Below, piece by piece: positions 43,545 through 57,380 of a DNA stretch of 64,000 nt (its first letter is position 1; each line of letters begins with the position of its first letter). The notes under the pieces were generated by a model. The model did not search any database. It saw only the letters and a list, made by a program, of their open reading frames with translations, and was not told where the DNA came from. Origin of the DNA: Octopus vulgaris (taxonomy: Eukaryota); NCBI GenBank assembly GCA_951406725.2, contig OX597822.1, positions 108,686,001-108,750,000 of the forward strand, written 5' to 3'. Both the position numbers and the translations under genes were made by a program.

Positions 43545-45345
43545 TTAGTATGCTGTCTGGTCCGTCCTCCAATTCGCCATATTTTTCCAAGCAATCGCTC
43601 AACATTCGATGCAATACCAAATAGGTTCATACATTCCATAATCCAAGAATGTGGGAACATATCGTACGCCTTATGATAGTCGATTCGCGACGTGGCTAAG
43701 TTACTTTTCTTCCTCTTGCAGTCTCTAAGTAAAATTTTGTCAATCAGGAGCTAATCTTTGGTACCTCTGCACTTAAGCTTGCAACCTTTCTGCTCATGTG
43801 GAAGGACTCCTTTTTTCCCGATTCTCGTGCATTGACTCTTTGGGTATTCCAGTCAATAACATCCACATAAGTAGCAAACAGGATATCGGCCTGTAATTAT
43901 CTATCGTATTGCCTTTTTCGATGTTTTTTCATGTACAGCACTGTCCTATCTAATGTCAACCACTCTGCTGTTACTTGGTCGTCTTTTAATAAGATGTTGC
44001 TCATTTTTTTAATAATCTCCTTCACTTTCCTCATTCAAATAACTAGTTCTGCCTGTTTTGGACAGACACCTATTTGTTTCAGTTCTTGCAACCATTCAGC
44101 ATCCTTCTTGTGCTCCTTGTCTTTGCTCCAGATGTCACTCCAAACACTTGAATTTCATTGTTATCTTGTATTAACTTTTCATCTGTACATTCTCCATTTA
44201 CTTCTTTATAGAATATCTTGTGATCTACTCTGAATAACCTATTCTGGTGGTAATCCTTCATTCTTTGGTCGTATCTTACCATCTCTGATTTCTTCACAAC
44301 GAGGCGCTGTTTCAGTTTCTTCATTACAACTTCCAGACCCTTTCCTTCAATATTATAATTCCATTTAAGCACCCTGTATTTTTGGTCGTTTTTAAGCTCC
44401 CCTTTTTCGTTTCGGTTTCTGACAGAGATTTCCTTCGAGAGCATGTCTAACTCTGTTTGTATTCTTCTTTTCCACCATGAGTCTTTTCTTTTGTCACTCC
44501 CATTATATTTCTTTTCCTTGACATCAACATTCACGTTTTCTGCTACAACAATACTTGCTGCATTGATTAAATTATGTTTCTGTGATGTTTGGTCTGATGT
44601 ATTTCAGAATTTCATTGGCATTTTTCGTTTCATGGTTCAATTTCCATCGATCAACCTTTTTAAGGTTGCAAATAATGTCGCTATCATTCTTCTGTAGTCT
44701 TCTCTCGTAGATTGCCTTTTTTTCATCTGTAATGAACATCATTAGTTTTATTGTCTTCTTTTAGATCATCTATATGACCCCCATCAAGTAAACTACCACT
44801 GCTCTTTTACACTGCTATGAGATTACTCTTATTTAGAAGTACTGTATTTTCATCGTTATCCCTGTTGCATTTTCCAAGACCCGTCTTTTGATAGCTTCGA
44901 ACTCTACTTCTGTGAACTAACGATTTTTTCTTATTGCTCTTGCTTGATCACATAGTCTCTGTTCCGTGAGTTGAAACAATCTGTTTCTCTCCAATTATCA
45001 TACATATGTTGTCGATAACCCCTGATTTAAGCAACATGTTGACCTATCGGGCTGCTCAAGTAGTAACTCTCCATGTCCACAGCATTAATTTGCTTGCTCC
45101 ATCTACGCCACGTGTGGTGGTCCCTTTCTGGATATCGACAAGCTGGAGCCGAACCAGAATATCTGAGCCCGCCGGGTGGAACACTGTCACCATCATAGGC
45201 TTCAGTTTCCTTACCACTGTTATTCACAATATTTTGTCTTTTCATTGCCACTCTAATGAGGTAGGGATTACCAGTGTTTTTATTGTGATACCATCACTAG
45301 GTGTATCGCTAATCAGTCCTTGGTAGTCTCCACCCGTTTCCTGTC
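43545..45345 (-). pseudogene. R4/Dong-clade non-LTR retrotransposon, 5' part to mid-RT, decayed
   Basis: Minus strand: QRLCDQARAIRKN, WWKRRIQ, YHQNRLFRVDHKIFYKE, NYRPISCL, EQKGCK...GTKD, IDYHKAYDMFPHSWIMECM. The 5' end abuts (ATT)n. Confidence 0.9.
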
Positions 45346-46000
45346 ATTATTATTATTATTGTCATCATCACTGTTATCGCTGATATTATCGTTTACATGT
45401 GTAGTAGTAGCAGTGGTTGCAGCAACAGCAACCATAGCAGGGGTGTGGTAGTGACAAGTAGCGTGGGTAGTGGAGGTAAGTTCGGTAGTTGGACCTCAGA
45501 TTCCTGTACTCTCACAATAGTAGTAGTTGTAACATTAGCATCGGTAGCTTATTATTATTATTGGTGTTGTTGTTGTTGTTATTATTATTAACATTATCAT
45601 TATTATTATCATTATCACCTTAACCACCACTACCATTGTTATTATCATTATTACTGTTTCCATTTATTATTAAAATATTTCACTAAATGTTCTTTATTTT
45701 CAACTTTCGTCTTGTACTTGAGATAATCATAATTATGTGGTTGTTGGAGGAAATAGGTGTGTAACTGCATGGTGAAGATATCATATTCTCCAGGTTTATA
45801 GATAGATCTGGCAGATATTGGTGGAGGTCATCCATAGAGACAATAGAAACTTGCAGACTTTGAGTCAGCAGGGGCCAAATGTGTTTACTACTCTCTGTGA
45901 TCACTAAGATCGCTACCTTCAAAAGAAGCAATCCAAACCTGTTGTATCTGTAATTACGGGTAGAAAAAACAATACCACACACACACATACACGCACATAT

Positions 46001-46400
46001 AGGTGCAGGAGTAGCTGTGTGGTAAGTAGCTTGTTTACCAACCACATGGTTCCGGGTTCAGTCCCACTGCGTGGCACCTTGGGCAAGTGTCTTCTACTAT
46101 AGCATCGGGCCGACCAATGCCTTGTGAGTGGATTTGGTAGACGGAAACTGAAAGAAGCCCGTCATACATATATATATGCGTGTGTGTGTTTGTGAGTCTG
46201 TGTTCGTCCCCCTAGCATTGATTGACAACCGATGCTGGTGTGTTTATGTTCCCGTTACTTAGCGGTTCGGCAAAAGAGACCGATGGAATAAGTACTGGGC
46301 TTTCGAAAGAATAAGTCGCGGGGTCGAGTTGCTCGATTAAAGGCGGTGATCCAGCATGGCCGCAGTCAAATGACTGAAACAAGTAAAAGAGTAAAAGAGT
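46001..46400 (+). mobile_element. Full-length Octopus tRNA-derived SINE
   Basis: Head ggtgcaggagtagctgtgtggtaagtagcttgtttaccaaccacatggttccgggttcagtccc; central CA/TG tract; (GTAAAAGA)n tail; at least 5 related copies in this window. Confidence 0.93.
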
Positions 46401-46429
46401 ATACACACACAGACATATATACTGATATT

Positions 46430-47000
46430 CACCTCGTTGGATCTTTGAATTTCTGAATTCAGTTGTGTTGTTACAATAAAATGTATGTTTACGTATTTGG
46501 GTAATATATTAAAGTTCTCTTGAGTTGTTCGATTGCCTCTCCTTGGAGAATCCAGTAAGATTTTTACAATAAAAACGATGTTTACATTTTCGAATTCTCA
46601 GGGAGGAAAAAAAAGAAAACGTGTTGTAGATAGTAAAGTAGTGTTCTTTTTTATTGTTGATAGATTTATCTCCGGGTATACATTGTTGTGGTGTTTTTAA
46701 GCTTATGACTTGTTCACTGTGTCTGTGTTAGTCCGAAAAATGAAAAATCAATTTGTTTTGCTTCGTTTGTGACACGTGTTTTCATATGCGTGTATGTTTG
46801 TCCAGTAAATTTCACGTATTTGTGTAAACATTGGGATGTCTGTTTGGTCTTATGCGTATTTTATTGGACATATGATTGTGTAGACATTAACGTGTATGCG
46901 TAATTACTGAATTTATGTACTTGCTGTTTAGTTCCATTTCTATTTTGAAATATGTAAACTTTGCGTTGTTGATTTCCCGTGTGTGTTACGCACATGTTTC
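46430..47000 (-). pseudogene. Decayed PLE GIY-YIG endonuclease region
   Basis: Minus strand: NVYTIICP (46865-46888) ... KFTGQTYTHMKTRVTNEAKQI (46750-46812), resembling PLE IY.I.C...YIGQT...L..R...H..QI. Confidence 0.45.
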
Positions 47001-47211
47001 ACTGAGACAATAGGAGAAACTGTGCTTTGTATGGTAGTAAATTTGTTTTTTCATGATTATTTTCTTTAAAAGCCGCTTTCCTTCAAGTCGTTCACAGGTT
47101 CCTTTATCCCATTCCACCAATGTCATTAGATTATTTTTGGAATGGGATAAAGGAAGAAATAGAAGACTTGAAAGAAACTGTTTTTTAACGAAAATAAGCA
47201 CGAAAACGAAA

Positions 47212-47213
<2 letters not shown>

Positions 47214-47275
<62 letters not shown>

Positions 47276-47333
47276 TTTGTTATTATTATTATTATTGTTA
47301 TTATCATTATTATTATTATTATTACTATTAGTA

Positions 47334-47379
<46 letters not shown>
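47214..47379. repeat. (ATT)n microsatellite
   Basis: Directly visible. Confidence 0.95.
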
Positions 47380-48364
47380 GAATTAAAAAATAAATTGAAT
47401 TAATGTATTTATACATATAATTAATCAGTATAATGCTGATAACTTATTTGTAATTTGTAATAAAGATTAAATTGATAATATAATGAAGTATTTTAAAATA
47501 ACTGCACATATTTGCGCCAGAAAGATTCCAAATATTCTGAAGCAATCCACTTACAAATTAATGTTTCAAATTCTACGTTATCATATAGATAACTACCACA
47601 ATACTTAAAGATATGCATAGATATACATACGTATAGATACATATACATACAAATCTATCTATCAATCTCACTCTCTCTCTCTATCTATCTATCTATCTAT
47701 TTATTTATCTATCTATGTATCTGTCGTGAATTATCTATTTACTTATTTATTCATATCGACGGGAAAATTTAGTGTTTTCCTTGAAGGTAGCCATTTGGAA
47801 ATAAATTAATTTCTTTTTATTTTCTTTTTAAATCATCATATTATGGTATTTATTGCGTTGTAGTGGATCTAATATTAGTTTTTAATTTTTTAATCTTTTA
47901 ATTTGTTAAGAATTAACTAATTCTTATTAGTTAGTAATTTTTTGTTGCATTAAATTTATCTGTTGATTAGACGTTAATGGCAATGGTCGCTATAAAATAT
48001 TTATATATTGTGAATTATTATTCCAATCAAGGCAGGAGTTGGATGTTTATATATATATATATTATTCTGTTTTTTTTATGGTCTGGCTTCCAGATACTTC
48101 CTTCTATCAGAAGTTAATCGTTTGATCTTGTTTCACCTATAAATGTCATTTATATATTTTTCCTATTTTCATGGTCGAATCTATTCACTCAAATAATTAA
48201 TACCTGAAGAAACGCCTAATTTTGATTTCGAAAGGGTTATATCTTCCGCATTGTTTTTGGAATTAATTAGGTTTGGATGAAATTTATAGAATCTTTATTG
48301 AATTTGTACCACACTTGGATTAAAGTCTACCCTGTATATGTTTTGTCCATTCCTTATGGCTTAT

Positions 48365-48433
<69 letters not shown>

Positions 48434-48625
48434 TGCATATACATATATACATATATACACATATACACGTACATATACTCATACACATACATAGATATAC
48501 AAAGCTACATATAAATATATATATATGTATATATATATGTATATGTATATATACGTATATATATTCATATCTTTGTATATATATATATATATATATATAT
48601 ACTTATATGTATGTATATAGATATA

Positions 48626-48679
<54 letters not shown>

Positions 48680-49038
48680 CATATTTACACACATATATAT
48701 ATATATATACTCGCATTATCGATAAATGATACATGCACACACACACACATATATATATATATTTGTGTGTGTGTGTTTGTGTGTGTGTGTGTTTGTGCGT
48801 GGGTGTGTGTGTGTGCGTGTGTATTTAGTGTGCTAGATGTGGTGTACAGATATTGAGTATTAGAAAAATTCACGAAAATTTTTGAAAACAGACCTTGTAT
48901 TTATTCGTTATTATTAGGGCTTTCGTTCTTCTTTTGAACCTGTAAAATGGAATTCTATTTTACAAATTCGATAAACGAACGAAAGCGGTAATAATTTTCC
49001 ATAACGTTGGTGACCTTTTTGTCTCTATCTCTCTCTCC

Positions 49039-49082
<44 letters not shown>

Positions 49083-49097
49083 TACACACACACACAC

Positions 49098-49139
<42 letters not shown>

Positions 49140-49954
49140 AGAGAGAGAGGGGTTTATGAGAGTTTATGGTGTCAGTAAAACCAAATGTGTCAGATAATGT
49201 TGTGTAAGCGGTATGGATAGACCATAGTTAAGCTCCAGATTCGGTTACATAATGACATAAATATATATATATATATATATATAGCATTAGATATGCATAT
49301 ACACATATATATGCACACATAAAAATGCATACATACGAGTACAAATATATACACACTTAATAAAAGTTTCTAAACACACATTTAAAATAGGGTGTACAAG
49401 ATAACACACTCTCGAGTCTTTCATTAATAATTTCTTCTATGTCAGTTTCTGATATAATTCATATACTCATTACTTGCATCTAGCATCATCAATTTTGTGC
49501 GATGTGTCATGACTAAGTATTTTCCAATTTATGTCGTAAAATTTCATATCATCCTTCAATTTCCAAGTTTCAGATTAGTACTGTTAAACCTCTCTCTATT
49601 CTTAAAGGTGTGCTCATGCTTTCCGATTCAGTTTTCATAAAATGCACCGTCGACCACATGTAGAAATAATTTTCCATTCCGAATCACCCCCCACCTCTAT
49701 ATATAATGTTGTTTTGTAAACAAAATTATTAAAATAACATTTATCTTTATATTTACAATCACAATTTATAGCCAAATTTGAAGTCACTGAGATGAAGATC
49801 ATTCACAGAAACTAACGAGGAAATGTCTCTATATACGTATCTTATACAAGGGAGAACTCAGCAAAGAAAATAAAAGAGATAAGGAAAAACAAGTATTGAG
49901 TACCGATATGATCAAATCAGCAGTATTTTTTTAAACAAAGGACTGTTACAATAT

Positions 49955-49987
<33 letters not shown>

Positions 49988-50082
49988 AATACATATATAT
50001 TCACATATATATATATACATATATATTCATACATACACACATACACACACGTATATATATGTATATATATATATATATACAT

Positions 50083-50168
<86 letters not shown>

Positions 50169-50354
50169 CAGTTCATACTCAGTGCAAAGAAAGTGTATAG
50201 ATCAATTAATTCATATAGCACTGCATTAAGTGTTTGAATAATTTGAAATCCAAAATATAAGTATACTTTAAATAGACTAAGATCCTTTAATCTGAATCTG
50301 ACAGTAAATATCTTGTCCAGAACACGTGATTCTGTTTCAGCCCGCCCAGTAAAT

Positions 50355-50580
50355 GTAATCCTACTTTCTATTTCTGGCGTAATCCTTAGAATACCGTACA
50401 AAATTCTCAGCGTCCTTTCATCCGCCTTTGTGCTCTTAGTTCAAATTTTGCCGAAACCCACTTTGCCTTTCAAACTTTCGGTGTCGATTCGATGAAATAT
50501 GTATCAGTTGATCACTGGTGTCGATGCAATCGACTTAACCCCTCCCTCGTAATATTGCCTTTGAGTCAGTATTTGACACC
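50355..50580 (+). mobile_element. Degraded SINE (13714-type)
   Basis: gttcaaattttgccgaaacccactttgcctttca...cactggtgtcgatgcaatcgacttaaccc matches 13790-13880. Confidence 0.75.
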
Positions 50581-51570
50581 ATCACTACTATTTAGTAAAA
50601 ATTGCTACTGTGTAGAAAATTGTATTCTTAAAAACTTGCATAGAAATAGATCTAGCATGGTTATCCATTTGTATAGCTTCATTCATTTATTTTACGCTTC
50701 AAGATATTTTTCCCTCTGAATATTAAATGTAAATTATATCAATTATTTTACATACAACACTGACTCTTATCTACTTTAGCCATTATATTTAGTAGCAATA
50801 TTTATTTTTCATATATGGTTAAAATATTTTACTTATACTAATTTACCTAGTATGCACCTATGTGTGTGTGAGTGGTGTTTGTGTCCGATGGGCATAAGCT
50901 TAAGTATATTGGAAACCTATATTATGTTCCTGAAAGCGTTTATTACCCACTATACAATCCCTGAAATGTCATATATCAAACTCTATCCTAAGTGTGTATA
51001 TGTTTTTTATTCATATACATATTTCCAATGCCTCAGATAAGATATTGTTTTTAGAGGAGAGGTAAACAATAACAGGGAGAACAATCATTATTTACCTGTA
51101 CGTTTTCTTTACCTCCCTATATGTACACACACACACACACGCGCGCACACACACTCACACATACACACGCGCGCACACACACTCACACACACATATATCC
51201 ATTTAATCAGTTTATATAGATTCTTATTTATCCTATGATAATCTTTAGATTCCAAAATCTATTCATTTGGCAAGCGTATTAGTTTGCAAACCAGCAGCTC
51301 TGTTATATTAAATATAGCTTGAAGATAAGAATGTTTCGTGTCAAATTTAGTTATTCTTTGTATCAATATTCATATCTCTTAAGCATTCAGTGTTAGTGAA
51401 CATTGATGATTCTACCTAACTTTTATTTTATCTACTATTAGCAACTTTTAGTTTCTATATCATAAATGGTACTGATATGTTGTGCATGTATAAGAAAATA
51501 TTGTTTGGAAAAGAAATATTTACATACTTCACAGTAGGTAGGACAGCATTGAAAATTATTACTATTATTA

Positions 51571-51758
51571 TTAATGTGATATGAAATTCTGGTATGATAA
51601 TTAAAATCTTATGATTAAAATATAACCTACATACAGTAGAACTAATATAAAAGCCTTCATTGTTCACAATGAAGGTTTTGATATTAGTTCTACTGTCTGT
51701 AGGTTATATTTTAATCATAAGATTTTAATTATCATGCCAGAATTCCATATCACATTAA
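51571..51758. repeat. Long near-perfect palindrome (93-bp arms, 2-nt loop)
   Basis: 51571-51663 pairs with 51666-51758 with ~5 mismatches. Confidence 0.95.
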
Positions 51759-52029
51759 ACAGATTCCAATAGTGTATGCTTGCATGTACATATGAATGAA
51801 ATGATCACCATGGATATATATCGCAAACGAACAGTATCTCTCTCTTTAAACTTATCTCATACCTAAGTTTACAATTACAAAGATGAACATAATATATTTT
51901 CTCTTTTGGAATCTTCTTCATATTGTACGAATTTTAATTGTAATCTTGTATTGCGGAAGAGATTGTCGAAATTGTCGTCACACTCTTCTCTGAAATCAGT
52001 GAAATGTTTATCCAAACTACAATACACCT

Positions 52030-52328
52030 GGCACTGCGTCGGGTATGACGACAAGTGCTCCAGTTGATCCGATCAACGAACAGCCTGTGTGGGGAAATTC
52101 ACGTTGATGTGGCTGAGCACGCCATAGACGCATGTGCCCTTCACGTAGATTTCAGAGAGATTCAGCGTGACACAGTGTGACGAGACTGACCTTTGAAATA
52201 CAGGCACTACTGATTTTCGCCAGCTGAAATAAAATCTCTTCGTGAAGGACACAATGCGACTCCGGGAACTGAACTTACGACCTTGCGATCGGGAGACGGA
52301 TACTCCTAAGAACTATGCCACGCGTCTT
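52030..52328 (-). mobile_element. Diverged tRNA-SINE related to 25498-25881
   Basis: gttgatccgatcaacgaacagcctg...gattcagcgtgacacag...tttgaaatacagg is shared with 25530-25680. Confidence 0.85.
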
Positions 52329-54046
52329 CTCAGAATATATCTTAATTGCGTTTAGCTACGATTTCATTCTCCTCTTGCTAAAGTATTGAAGTGGAAGCCA
52401 CTAAGCAATTGCTAAAGATCATAGATTCTAAATAAACATTTTCCTTTTTCAACAGGTTTACCAAATTCTCATTCAATTCCATAGTACATATTCAGGCATA
52501 GTTGTAGTAAAAATAAAAATTATAGAAGTCTTTCTGTAATGCTGTAATTTTCCTCAACTGTTAAATATTTTAGTTGATTTTTAATGAACTAACGTTGACA
52601 CGAACTCTTATGTCATTAATCCATTAATACTAACACATTGTTAAAAGCTATTACTTAACAGTCAGTAATTATTTATTGCATGGGTCTTTAAGGCTGTAAA
52701 AGTCTAACTAGATACAACTATTGAAGACAACACAATGTTAATCGAAACATAATTCGTTTCTATTTTCTATGCTTTTATAGGAGAAAGCTTCTAACATATT
52801 TTATTATTAGTAAACTTCATCAATAACTCTTCAAAGTCACTCGCTGTAACTTAAGACTTGAGAATGACAAAGTTTAAGAATTTAAGCTGTCTGGAGAGAA
52901 AAAACTGAAGGTGTTTAGAGAGTCAATGCCGTAGCAACCTAATGCAAGTTCTTAAGCTTGTAAATGTAGGTGCCACAGTGTTATAAATACAAGATAATGC
53001 ATCAGTAGAATGTTCAACATTTATCTTCCTGGTTTATCTACCTTGAAGATTCTCATATAACTCGTAATGATAAAAGATCACCAAAAACCAAATATAAAAT
53101 AAATTTATCCCACGCGGAATACAAAGTTTTTCTGTGTTTAAATAACATTTGTATGGTGTCAAAAATTAAACCTGAATGTGTGCGTTTTTTGGTACTGATT
53201 TTTAGCGTAGCAAAATTTTCATGGTTTAGATAATTCAAATGTCTATCAAACAATAAGACATCAGCATTTCCCATACTTTACTAACATTTGACAAGTCATT
53301 AACCGACATATTTACACAGCAGTGACTGACATATCAGAGAACTACATACTATTACCAATAGTACAGTTTATTCATATGTGTTCCGAGAACATTGGAATGC
53401 CGACCATTTCGTTGGTTGTAAATGCGAGTTCAATTTCCATATCAACTTATTAGTTCGAATTTGACAAAGTTCACATGCAACGGGTGAAGTTAACGTCATT
53501 ATAGAGTTATTATAGAGTCGTCTGCCAGACGTAGATTTCGTCTGTATTCAAGTTTGTATATTGTAGATGACAGCTCTTTCGTAGGAATAATGTGATATCC
53601 CAATTAATCACTATTTATCGTGCCGTGACGTGCAGACAGAATATATTGGTAAAATATAGATTTTAAAGCGTATGTGATTTGATACTAAGAGGGTAAAAAA
53701 AAAATGCGTATGTGATTTTGATATTAAGGCGATAACAAAAATAAAAATCGCATGAGATTTTGATACTAAGTGCATAACGAAAAATACTAAATAGGGAAAG
53801 GAAAGCAGTTGATTATCATTAAAAGATAAATTTCTAAATATTGGGAATTAATAATAGTTGAAATTGGTTGTCTACTCATGTTCGATAAATCACTTCTCCC
53901 TGTCTGGCTTACCTATTAACTATACAATCTAACATGTGTTCCTTGTGGTTGTAAAGCTAAAAAATAATGCAGTTCTATATTTAAGAGATGATGAGTTATG
54001 TATATTATTTACATTTGACGGGTATTTTTCCTCATGTTGATGTTTT

Positions 54047-54092
54047 AACACAATGTTTTGGCTGATATATCCGCCAGCCCTCATCAGGTGCC
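54047..54092 (-). ncRNA. Degenerate minimal hammerhead (left arm)
   Basis: Minus strand: ggcac-CTGATGA-g-ggctg...cagcc-AAAAC-ATT-gtgtt. G12 and the stem III G are mutated, in a CpG-decay pattern. Confidence 0.55.
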
Positions 54093-54309
54093 TTGGGGAA
54101 ATTTCGAACCTGGGTTCTCCTTCCTAAGGTATTTTTCGATGTTATTATTATTATAGAAATTATTATTATTTTTCAGGTCACTGCTTGGTATCGAACTTGG
54201 AATCTTGGGGCTGGTAGCCCACGCTCTTAACCGCTACAGGTATATGGTGTAGAAGTTAAGAGCACGGGCTACTAACCCCAGGAATCCGAGTTCGATTCCA
54301 GGAAGTGAT

Positions 54310-54355
<46 letters not shown>

Positions 54356-54444
54356 TTAATAATAATAATAATAATAATAACGATAATAATAGTAACTTCG
54401 AAAAATACCTTAGGAATGAGAACCCAAGTTCGAAATTTTCCCAA

Positions 54445-54490
54445 GACACCTGATGAAGGCTGGAGGGTATATCACCCGAAACGTTGTGTT
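54445..54490 (+). ncRNA. Minimal PLE-type type I hammerhead (right arm)
   Basis: gacac-CTGATGA-a-ggctg...caccc-GAAAC-GTT-gtgtt. Stem I gacac/gtgtt; palindromic AACGTT stem III; stem II has one mismatch relative to the left arm. Confidence 0.7.
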
Positions 54491-55254
54491 AACAAACAAG
54501 ATGAGAACAAATATCCGTCAAATGTAAATAATGTAAAATATTAATAATCCCCTGATCGTCTTAAACAGCAGATGCACAACTGTAAAATTGTGTGATGCTC
54601 AATACCCTTACCATTTCAAATCTTCATTTCAAATATATTTTCGGTGGTGTGGTGTTGATTCGTTTAGCAAGAGAAAAACATTATCTAAACTGCTGGACTA
54701 AGATTTGTTTTGATTGTGATATAGATTACCTATATATATATATAACCCTGTTCCTACATAGTGGATAACGCAATTTGATTCTCATCTATAAAGTAACATT
54801 TAAGTTACTTAAATTACAAAAGGAAGCGAAGTAAAAATATTAAGGCAGGAGTCTTCACGCTTTGCGAAGCATGCTGTGAAAGGAAGTTGCGACCAATGTT
54901 CTCATTTCACACTCTGCTCCCATTAAAAAACAATTACTATATTGTTAATGAAGTTTGCAACGCACTTCGCGAAAAAAGGATGACAGGAATGTCAATGACG
55001 GAACCCCTCTTTACCAGTGCAGTGTTCCATCAAAACGGCGATGGTGTAATATAGCCGAAAGAAATTAAATTTGTCCTTGAATTGTAGCAAATACTACTCG
55101 ATTGCGCTAAATGAAAAACGAATCAATCTATTTATATACAACTGATCTTTCCGTATATCATGCATGCCATCGCAAAATATTTGCATTACTAGACTACATT
55201 TTTGAGGTAATCTATCTGATATGTTGATATAGTAAAATATCTAAAACCAGGTTC

Positions 55255-55520
55255 CTATGAAAAATTACTAGATAAGTGTTCACATGGTTTCAGTCATACG
55301 GCGCAATGATTTTTTTTTACTCATGGACATCTGGGTAGACATGTTCTCCAAACGTGAATATACATGACTAATGTCCAAAACATTTTTTCTCCATCGCAAC
55401 AACCATTCAGCTACTTTGAAACATGAATAATTCTTTTTGGCCTTCCACAAATCTGTAAATTTTTGAAATTTAATTTCTGTATCATGCATAAAAGAATTCA
55501 CTTCTATACATTGCCATAGA
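55255..55520 (-). pseudogene. Possible hAT transposase C-terminal relic
   Basis: Faint likeness of ...LENMSTQMSMSKKKSLRRMTE to the hAT dimerisation-domain end (E..FS.M...K...R.RLT). Confidence 0.2.
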
Positions 55521-55937
55521 CAAATAATGTTACTTGCCGCCTATTAGTCTGGTACAGTTGCAGGAGATTGAACGAAAATTCAGGTCTAATTATATAAACA
55601 TTGCTGATGGGTATTCTTTCCCGCTAATTCAACTATCGTATTATCCGGAGAAATATTGATATGCAAATATGAAAGAGATTTGTGAGCCGGCAGAATGGCA
55701 AACACAAGCCTGTATCAAGATAATCATTCCAGGTGATCCGAGCTTTCATAAAATTTGAGTAAACATATCAATCAGTATGTTTCAACTGTCGTAGCTGGAG
55801 CTGAAAATTAACGTTTAATTCCATATCGTATCAGCTAAAACTATATACAAACGTCTCTCTTTGCACATGTGTTACTGTGTATAAGCTGCTACATTAGTCG
55901 AATATTTGTTTAAGAATAGGCTTTTACATGACTAGCA

Positions 55938-55956
55938 ATATATACATACATACATG

Positions 55957-56037
<81 letters not shown>

Positions 56038-56126
56038 GTATATATATATGTATATATATGTATATGTATATGTATATATATATGTATGTATATATATATG
56101 TATATGTGTATATATATATGTATATG

Positions 56127-56158
<32 letters not shown>

Positions 56159-56202
56159 TGAATATATATTTATATATGAATATATATATATATATGAATA
56201 TA

Positions 56203-56240
<38 letters not shown>
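55938..56240. repeat. (TA)n/(TATG)n microsatellite
   Basis: Directly visible. Confidence 0.95.
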
Positions 56241-56242
<2 letters not shown>

Positions 56243-57159
56243 GTATGTGAAGAAATGAATTTAGGATTTTCAAGTTATTTGCTACATAATTCCCTTTTAT
56301 TTCTTTAATATAATTGAAATTATTTTATTTTATTAAAACGAAAATCTATAGAACTTTACATATGAAAAGAATGATTCTCTGCATAAATTTTTATCTTCCA
56401 ACTTAAAAGCAAAAATGAATTGAAAAAAAAAAATTATTTATTTAGTTGGTCCCATTCAATGTTGGACCGTGCTTTAAGTAACGATGAAAGCACGACCTGG
56501 CGTCTGGTGGGCATCAGTTAAATATTTACAATCGAAATAACATGAATGCTTGTCAATTTTAAGGATTATCATATGTTGTATTATTAAACATATTTAAATA
56601 AATACTTGTAGGAAAAATATTTTCTTATAATAATTTCATGCAATTTGCATATTGTCTAAGTATAACGTTTTACTTTACGTTGCGGAAATTCTTTATCCGG
56701 CCGATAATTTACTTTCCAATTTATTAAAATGAATTCTTAAGTCGTAAAATGCTTTTAATTCCATTTCTCAATCACGTTGCAATAAAAAATAATTTCAGAG
56801 GAAATCTACTATACTGTGATTTATTTTTTTCTATGAAATTACATCCGTTCTTCAAAGCACACAATATTAACTAGCCTGATAATCAATAAAACTATCACAC
56901 AGGCATCGGCATGCATATTTACTTGTGTGTCTCCTAAGGACTGTTTTATTTATTTGAATTCCCCAATTGAATTATAAGATTACCTGAAATGGATATTAAA
57001 AAAAATTACATTAATATCTACAGATGCATCACTTTAATACGGATTTGCGAATTCGGTATTCGCATTTACATTCTTCTATATAACTTATTTTTTCTCGTAC
57101 CAAGTTATGCTGGGTCAAGCCATACAATGGCTAGTCGAACAGATTTGAACAGAAAATTG

Positions 57160-57190
57160 TCATCATCATCATCATCATCACCACCACCAA

Positions 57191-57231
<41 letters not shown>

Positions 57232-57281
57232 CCACCACCACCATCACCATCACCACCACCACCATCATCATCATCATCACC

Positions 57282-57342
<61 letters not shown>

Positions 57343-57380
57343 CCATCATCATCATTATCATTATTATCATTATTATTATT
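57160..57380. repeat. (CAT)n/(CAC)n trinucleotide microsatellite
   Basis: Directly visible; explains the poly-S/P and poly-D/G ORFs. Confidence 0.95.

Larger units (their letters stand above)
53969..54575. mobile_element. Palindromic element: two head-to-head tRNA-headed units, each with a minimal HHR
   Basis: Arms ~53969-54238 and ~54248-54575 are reverse complements. tRNA-like heads sit at the centre (ggtgtagaagttaagagcacgggctactaacccc...gagttcgattcc), followed by an (AAT)n spacer and an HHR. Confidence 0.85.

Noticed and set aside
47138-47159. miR-1 identity of the hairpin 3' arm (TGGAATG start)
   Set aside because: Only the first 7 nt match miR-1; the rest differs.
48200-48240. CTGAAGA...CGAAA motif
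   Set aside because: No convincing stems II or III and no NUH site.
54245-54312. Bona fide tRNA gene
   Set aside because: The acceptor stem does not close convincingly, and the sequence is the head of a repeat present in both palindrome arms. The same applies to the SINE heads at 25810-25881, 33541 and 46001.
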